DNA of 64,000 nucleotides from Escherichia coli (GTDB lineage Bacteria; Pseudomonadota; Gammaproteobacteria; Enterobacterales; Enterobacteriaceae): NCBI RefSeq assembly GCF_011045215.1, contig NZ_CP049201.1; one strand, 5' to 3'. Shown piece by piece: positions 59,764 to 64,000 of this stretch (position 1 is its first letter; each line of letters starts with the position of its first letter). The notes under the pieces were generated by a model. It saw only the letters and a program-made list of their open reading frames with translations, ran no database searches and was not told where the DNA came from. The position numbers and the translations under genes were made by a program.

Positions 59764-60912
59764 ATGGGATGGAGCAGAACAAAATCATTATCAACAGAAT
59801 TACCTCATAAACCATCAATGATGTTGTGGTTTATGACAGGGGCATTTATGGCTGTTGTTGGTGCTCTGTTGTTTATTATCCGGGCATCAGGATATGTGAA
59901 AGCATTAAATAATTTCAGTATCTGGTGGCTTGCATTGACTCCTCCGGGGAGCTGGTTTTTCCTGTTTTGCCTGCGACACTGGCAGTGGAGCAACCAGATG
60001 GATGAACATTTGTTTCTTAAAAAAGAGGGGGAGTATGCTCAGAAACAGTGGGAATCCTGGGCCGAAAGGTATCTTGTTATTACTGCCAGTTGTGTTTATT
60101 TGCCTGATAAAATAACGGTAGCTACTCTTTGTGATGAATTGCCTCTGCAGTATGGCCTTGTAAAGAAAATAGATTATCTTTCTGACAGTGGGCATAAGGT
60201 TGAAGCCTCTTTACGTGTCTTGCTTAGGGAGATAACGGATAAATTTTGTCAGTTACCTGCCGCTCTCCCTGTAAATGTGACGCTGATAACCGATCAGCCT
60301 GATTCTGAAATCAGATCTGCTTTTGTTTCTGCATGGGAAGCGTTATTTCCCCAACGCGTCGTTCCTGACAATATTGAGGTTACTCCCGACTTTTCCATGG
60401 GGTGGGGTGATGAGCGTCTGAAACAACCAGTGCTGACTGTGGATTTGATACTGGTAATACAGCTTAATGGGGGAAATGCATACTCTGACGGACTGGCTGC
60501 ACTTTTGTTGACCAGCGATGATGTTGCGCAAAAATATAATCTGCCGCATTCAGCCCGTCTGCTACGCCCGATGTCGCTGGATATCAACAAGTTTAATGAT
60601 GAATTCACACTTTTCCTTGAAACCCAGACAGCTGCCTGTCGTACCGCTCGTGTACTGGGGGACTGTTATCACTGGGAAAAGATTGCTGCACCGCTGATGA
60701 CTATTGGAAACCAGTATGGTGCCGGATGGGAACCGTCCGGACGTATGTTACTGGAAAAATGGTGCGGTATCCCGGGACCTGCTGCTCCGTGGCTGCTTAC
60801 TGCTCTGGCAGCCGATCTGGTCTGTCTTGGTAATGATTCTCTCCTGACTTTATTCTCATCCGGAGAAGAACATTTTATCAGTACTGTTACATCAGGAAAC
60901 CAGAATGAATAA
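59764..60912 (+). CDS. Membrane protein of unknown function, T6SS-cluster-embedded
   Basis: 382 aa; two N-terminal TM helices; immediately precedes and overlaps tssM start. Confidence 0.55.
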   Translation: MGWSRTKSLSTELPHKPSMMLWFMTGAFMAVVGALLFIIRASGYVKALNNFSIWWLALTPPGSWFFLFCLRHWQWSNQMDEHLFLKKEGEYAQKQWESWAERYLVITASCVYLPDKITVATLCDELPLQYGLVKKIDYLSDSGHKVEASLRVLLREITDKFCQLPAALPVNVTLITDQPDSEIRSAFVSAWEALFPQRVVPDNIEVTPDFSMGWGDERLKQPVLTVDLILVIQLNGGNAYSDGLAALLLTSDDVAQKYNLPHSARLLRPMSLDINKFNDEFTLFLETQTAACRTARVLGDCYHWEKIAAPLMTIGNQYGAGWEPSGRMLLEKWCGIPGPAAPWLLTALAADLVCLGNDSLLTLFSSGEEHFISTVTSGNQNE

Positions 60913-63900
60913 ACTGGCCTGTCTGTCTGGTCGCTTTGGGCGACCGGGGATTGTATTTATTGGTGTGGCTGCGCTCTGGTGGCTGATAACCCGATATGGA
61001 GCATATCTGGGGGCAGAAACACGCCGGGATCAAATACTACTGCTGATATTGCTGAGTCTGGGGTTGCTCTTTGTCTGTTACCTGCCTGTGATGAAAAAAT
61101 ATGTTCAGGAACTGACATATCGACGCAGGGCCCGTAAGGAGCAAAGGTTACCTGACGATGAAGAGCGACTGGCTCAGACGCCACCGCGCTATGTTACTGT
61201 TCAGGATATTCGTCATACTCTGCGGCGCCAGTATGGCAGATTCTGGGGACGTAAGATACGCATTCTGTTGATAACAGGTACCGCCTCTGAGGTTGAGTTG
61301 TTGACCCCGGGCCTGACAGAACAGTTCTGGCAGGAAGAGCAGGGGACATTGCTTCTCTGGGGAGGAGACCCCTCGCAGCCGGAAAACGCAGACTGGCTGG
61401 CTGCGTTACGCCGTCTGCGTTACCGGCCTGCTGATGGCATTGTCTGGGTAACTTCCGGACTGAGTGAAACATTATCCGCACCACTTACAGAAGATGCCCT
61501 TGACAGGGTTTCCCGTGCAGTCAGTTCATGTTGTGAGCGCCTTGGCTGGCGTCTGCCGCTGTATGTCTGGTCACTGCAGGAGAGTCCGGATGAGCGTGGG
61601 CGTATTACTCAGCCCGTGGGATGCCTTCTGCCGGCAGAATGTCGTTCTGACAAACTGAAAGCACAACTACAGGCCATGCTCCCCGGGCTTGTTACTCAGG
61701 GGATACAGCAGATATGCAGTGCCCCTCGGTATTATTTTTTGTTGTCGCTGGCAGAGCGATTCAGACGAAATATTGATGCTGTGGTGGAGCCATTATCCGT
61801 ATTACTCCGTTCATACCGTCAGTTGTTGCTGGCGGGTATTGTTTTCAGTCCGGCAACTGTCGGTGGTGAACGAAGTGTCAGACATCGCTGGCGAATGGAT
61901 AACCGCTGGGAGGCGTTGCCGGAGACAGTGCAGCAATTACCTGTCCGGCTACAGCCTTCCCGCACAGGTCATAACTGGCGCAGAAGCCTGACTGTTATGG
62001 CGGTCATACTGATGATGGCTCAGGGAACAGGAATGGTGGTTTCCTTTCTGGCAAACCGGAGTCTGGTTGCTGAAGTACAGGAACAGATTCGTCCAGTTCA
62101 GAACCAGCAACAGTCTCTTACAGAACGTCTGCAGGCGTTGCTGAATCTGCAGAAATCCCTGGCCCGCCTTCAGTATCGTGAGGAGCACGAGGCGCCATGG
62201 TACCTGCGGGCCGGTATGAATCAGAATGCAGACCTGCTCGCGGTCGTAATGCCTCTTTATGCACAAAATGCACATCTTTTACTGCGTGATGCCGCTGCTG
62301 CTCATCTTGAGCAGCAGCTCAGAATATTTATTCGTCTTCCTCCGGACAGCCCGCAGCGGGGGAAAATGGCAAAAGCCGCCCGTGACCAGCTCAGACTGTA
62401 TCTGATGCTGGCGCAACCGCAACATATGGAGTCCGCCTGGTTCAGTCGTACGCTCATGCGGGAATGGCCACAGCGTGACGGTGTGAGTGCCGGTTTCTGG
62501 CAGGCTAACGGCCCGACGCTGCTGGCGTATTATGCCTCCGGGCTTATTACCCATCCTCAGTGGAAGCTGACAGTTGATGAAGAGCTGGTCAGCCAGAGCA
62601 GGACTCTGCTGCTTCGCCATATGGGAACACAGAACAGCGATGCCATGCTGTATCAGAAAATGCTGGCACGGGTGGCACATCAGTTTGCGGATATGCGTCT
62701 GACGGATATGACCGGTGATACTGATGTCTCCCGCCTCTTTTTCACCGATGAAGTGGTCCCCGGTATGTTTACCCGCCAGGCCTGGGAAGAGGCCGTATTG
62801 CCGGCCATAGATACCGTGATTAATGAGCGTCGTGAAGAAATGGACTGGGTACTGACTGATGGCAGGCAGAAGACACCGTCACCGGTATCGCCGGAAGCAC
62901 TCAGACAGCGCCTGAAAACGCGCTATTTTGCTGATTTTGGTAATGCCTGGCTGAATTTTCTGAACAGTCTGCAGTTACGCCGGGCTCAGACGCTGTCTGA
63001 TGTGACAGAGCAGCTGACGCTGATGGCTGATGTGCGCCAGTCCCCCCTGGTTGCACTGATGAATACGCTGGCGGTTCAGGGGCGTACTGGTCAGCCCCGG
63101 GAAGCAGTTACTGATTCACTGGTTAAATCTGCCAGAAACCTGCTTTCACAGGAAAAACAGCCGGTGACAGCACAGGAAAGCCGGCTTCACGGTCCTCTGG
63201 CGACGACTTTCGGGCCGGTGCTTGCACTGATGGATAATCAGAACAACAGCGCGGATATGCTGAATCTGCAGACGTATCTGATCCGGATTACACAGGTTCG
63301 TCTGCGTCTGCAACAGATTGCCGGCTCTTCTGACCCGCAGGCCATGATGCAGATGCTGGCACAGACAGTATTGCAGGGGAAATCGGTTGATTTAACTGAT
63401 ACCCGGGATTACGGCAGCCTGGCCGCTGCCGGACTCGGACAGGAGTGGTATGGCTTCGGACAGACGGTCTTTGTTCGCCCGATGGAGCAGGCGTGGCAGC
63501 AGGTTCTTACACCCGCGGCAGAAAGTCTGAATACCCGGTGGCGTACTGCGGTGGTGGATGGCTGGAATAATGCATTTTCCGGGCGTTATCCGTTTAAAAA
63601 TGTCAGCAGCGATGCTTCACTTCCCCTGCTGGCAAAATACCTGAATACGGACACGGGACGTATTGCCCGTTTTCTGCAGAATAACCTGAGTGGTGTGTTG
63701 CGCAGGGAAGGCAATCGCTGGGTACCGGATACCATTAATACCCGGGGGCTGACATTCAACCCTGCGTTTCTGAAAGCCATCAATACCCTGAGTGAAATAG
63801 CAGATGTGGCGTTCACCACAGGTAACGCGGGGCTGCATTTTGAGCTGCGACCGGGAACTGCTGCCGGTGTGATGCAGACGACGCTGATAACCGATAATCA

Positions 63901-64000
63901 GAAACTGATTTATGTTAATCAGATGCCGGTATGGAAGCGATTTACCTGGCCGGCTGATACGGAAGCACCTGGCGCCAGTTTAAGCTGGGTAAGCACTCAG
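60905..64000 (+). CDS. tssM: TssM (IcmF-like) T6SS membrane-complex protein, 5' partial (runs off right edge)
   Basis: Hand translation from ATG 60905 shows no stop to the window end (~1030 codons); two N-terminal TM helices, cytoplasmic domain, third TM near codon 360, then periplasmic domain; absent from ORF track. Confidence 0.85.
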   Translation, partial: MNKLACLSGRFGRPGIVFIGVAALWWLITRYGAYLGAETRRDQILLLILLSLGLLFVCYLPVMKKYVQELTYRRRARKEQRLPDDEERLAQTPPRYVTVQDIRHTLRRQYGRFWGRKIRILLITGTASEVELLTPGLTEQFWQEEQGTLLLWGGDPSQPENADWLAALRRLRYRPADGIVWVTSGLSETLSAPLTEDALDRVSRAVSSCCERLGWRLPLYVWSLQESPDERGRITQPVGCLLPAECRSDKLKAQLQAMLPGLVTQGIQQICSAPRYYFLLSLAERFRRNIDAVVEPLSVLLRSYRQLLLAGIVFSPATVGGERSVRHRWRMDNRWEALPETVQQLPVRLQPSRTGHNWRRSLTVMAVILMMAQGTGMVVSFLANRSLVAEVQEQIRPVQNQQQSLTERLQALLNLQKSLARLQYREEHEAPWYLRAGMNQNADLLAVVMPLYAQNAHLLLRDAAAAHLEQQLRIFIRLPPDSPQRGKMAKAARDQLRLYLMLAQPQHMESAWFSRTLMREWPQRDGVSAGFWQANGPTLLAYYASGLITHPQWKLTVDEELVSQSRTLLLRHMGTQNSDAMLYQKMLARVAHQFADMRLTDMTGDTDVSRLFFTDEVVPGMFTRQAWEEAVLPAIDTVINERREEMDWVLTDGRQKTPSPVSPEALRQRLKTRYFADFGNAWLNFLNSLQLRRAQTLSDVTEQLTLMADVRQSPLVALMNTLAVQGRTGQPREAVTDSLVKSARNLLSQEKQPVTAQESRLHGPLATTFGPVLALMDNQNNSADMLNLQTYLIRITQVRLRLQQIAGSSDPQAMMQMLAQTVLQGKSVDLTDTRDYGSLAAAGLGQEWYGFGQTVFVRPMEQAWQQVLTPAAESLNTRWRTAVVDGWNNAFSGRYPFKNVSSDASLPLLAKYLNTDTGRIARFLQNNLSGVLRREGNRWVPDTINTRGLTFNPAFLKAINTLSEIADVAFTTGNAGLHFELRPGTAAGVMQTTLITDNQKLIYVNQMPVWKRFTWPADTEAPGASLSWVSTQ

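Noticed and set aside
1-64000. tRNA gene or integrase marking an island boundary
   Set aside because: No integrase-like ORF and no tRNA-like sequence recognised by eye; island boundaries presumably lie outside the window

Overview
This window reads as a mosaic, horizontally acquired region of an Enterobacteriaceae (E. coli-like) chromosome; all calls are from reading the sequence and ORF track by eye, with no database search run. Left to right: (1) ~6 kb of ordinary-looking genes (MFS transporter, M20 amidohydrolase, AraC-type regulator with a large C-terminal extension); (2) an EAL-domain gene that appears frameshifted; (3) a complete IS66-family element with an 8-bp target-site duplication; (4) a complete Pap-like chaperone-usher fimbrial operon (papB/A/H/C/D/J/K/E-like) with a conserved two-GATC switch 102 bp apart, whose distal end is an AT-rich cassette of three tandem ~315-aa adhesin-like subunits instead of PapF/PapG; (5) small PapI-like winged-helix genes; (6) a shf-capU-virK module; (7) an uncharacterised cluster of two beta-barrel-like outer-membrane proteins, a secreted protein and a Rob-like regulator; (8) ibrA-ibrB (PAPS-reductase-like plus ParB-like pair); (9) a nested IS cluster (IS66-like fragments, an intact IS4-family element with 9-bp duplication, an IS21-like fragment, an IS110-family transposase, a truncated IS66 TnpC); (10) a YfdX-like gene, a porin remnant and a ProQ/FinO-domain gene; (11) a type VI secretion cluster (tssB, tssC, tssK, tssL, tagL, hcp, clpV, vgrG, lipase effector plus lipoprotein immunity, PAAR, tssM) that runs off the right edge. 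The best candidates for something undescribed are the three-adhesin fimbrial tip cassette and an uncharacterised translationally coupled gene pair between clpV and vgrG.
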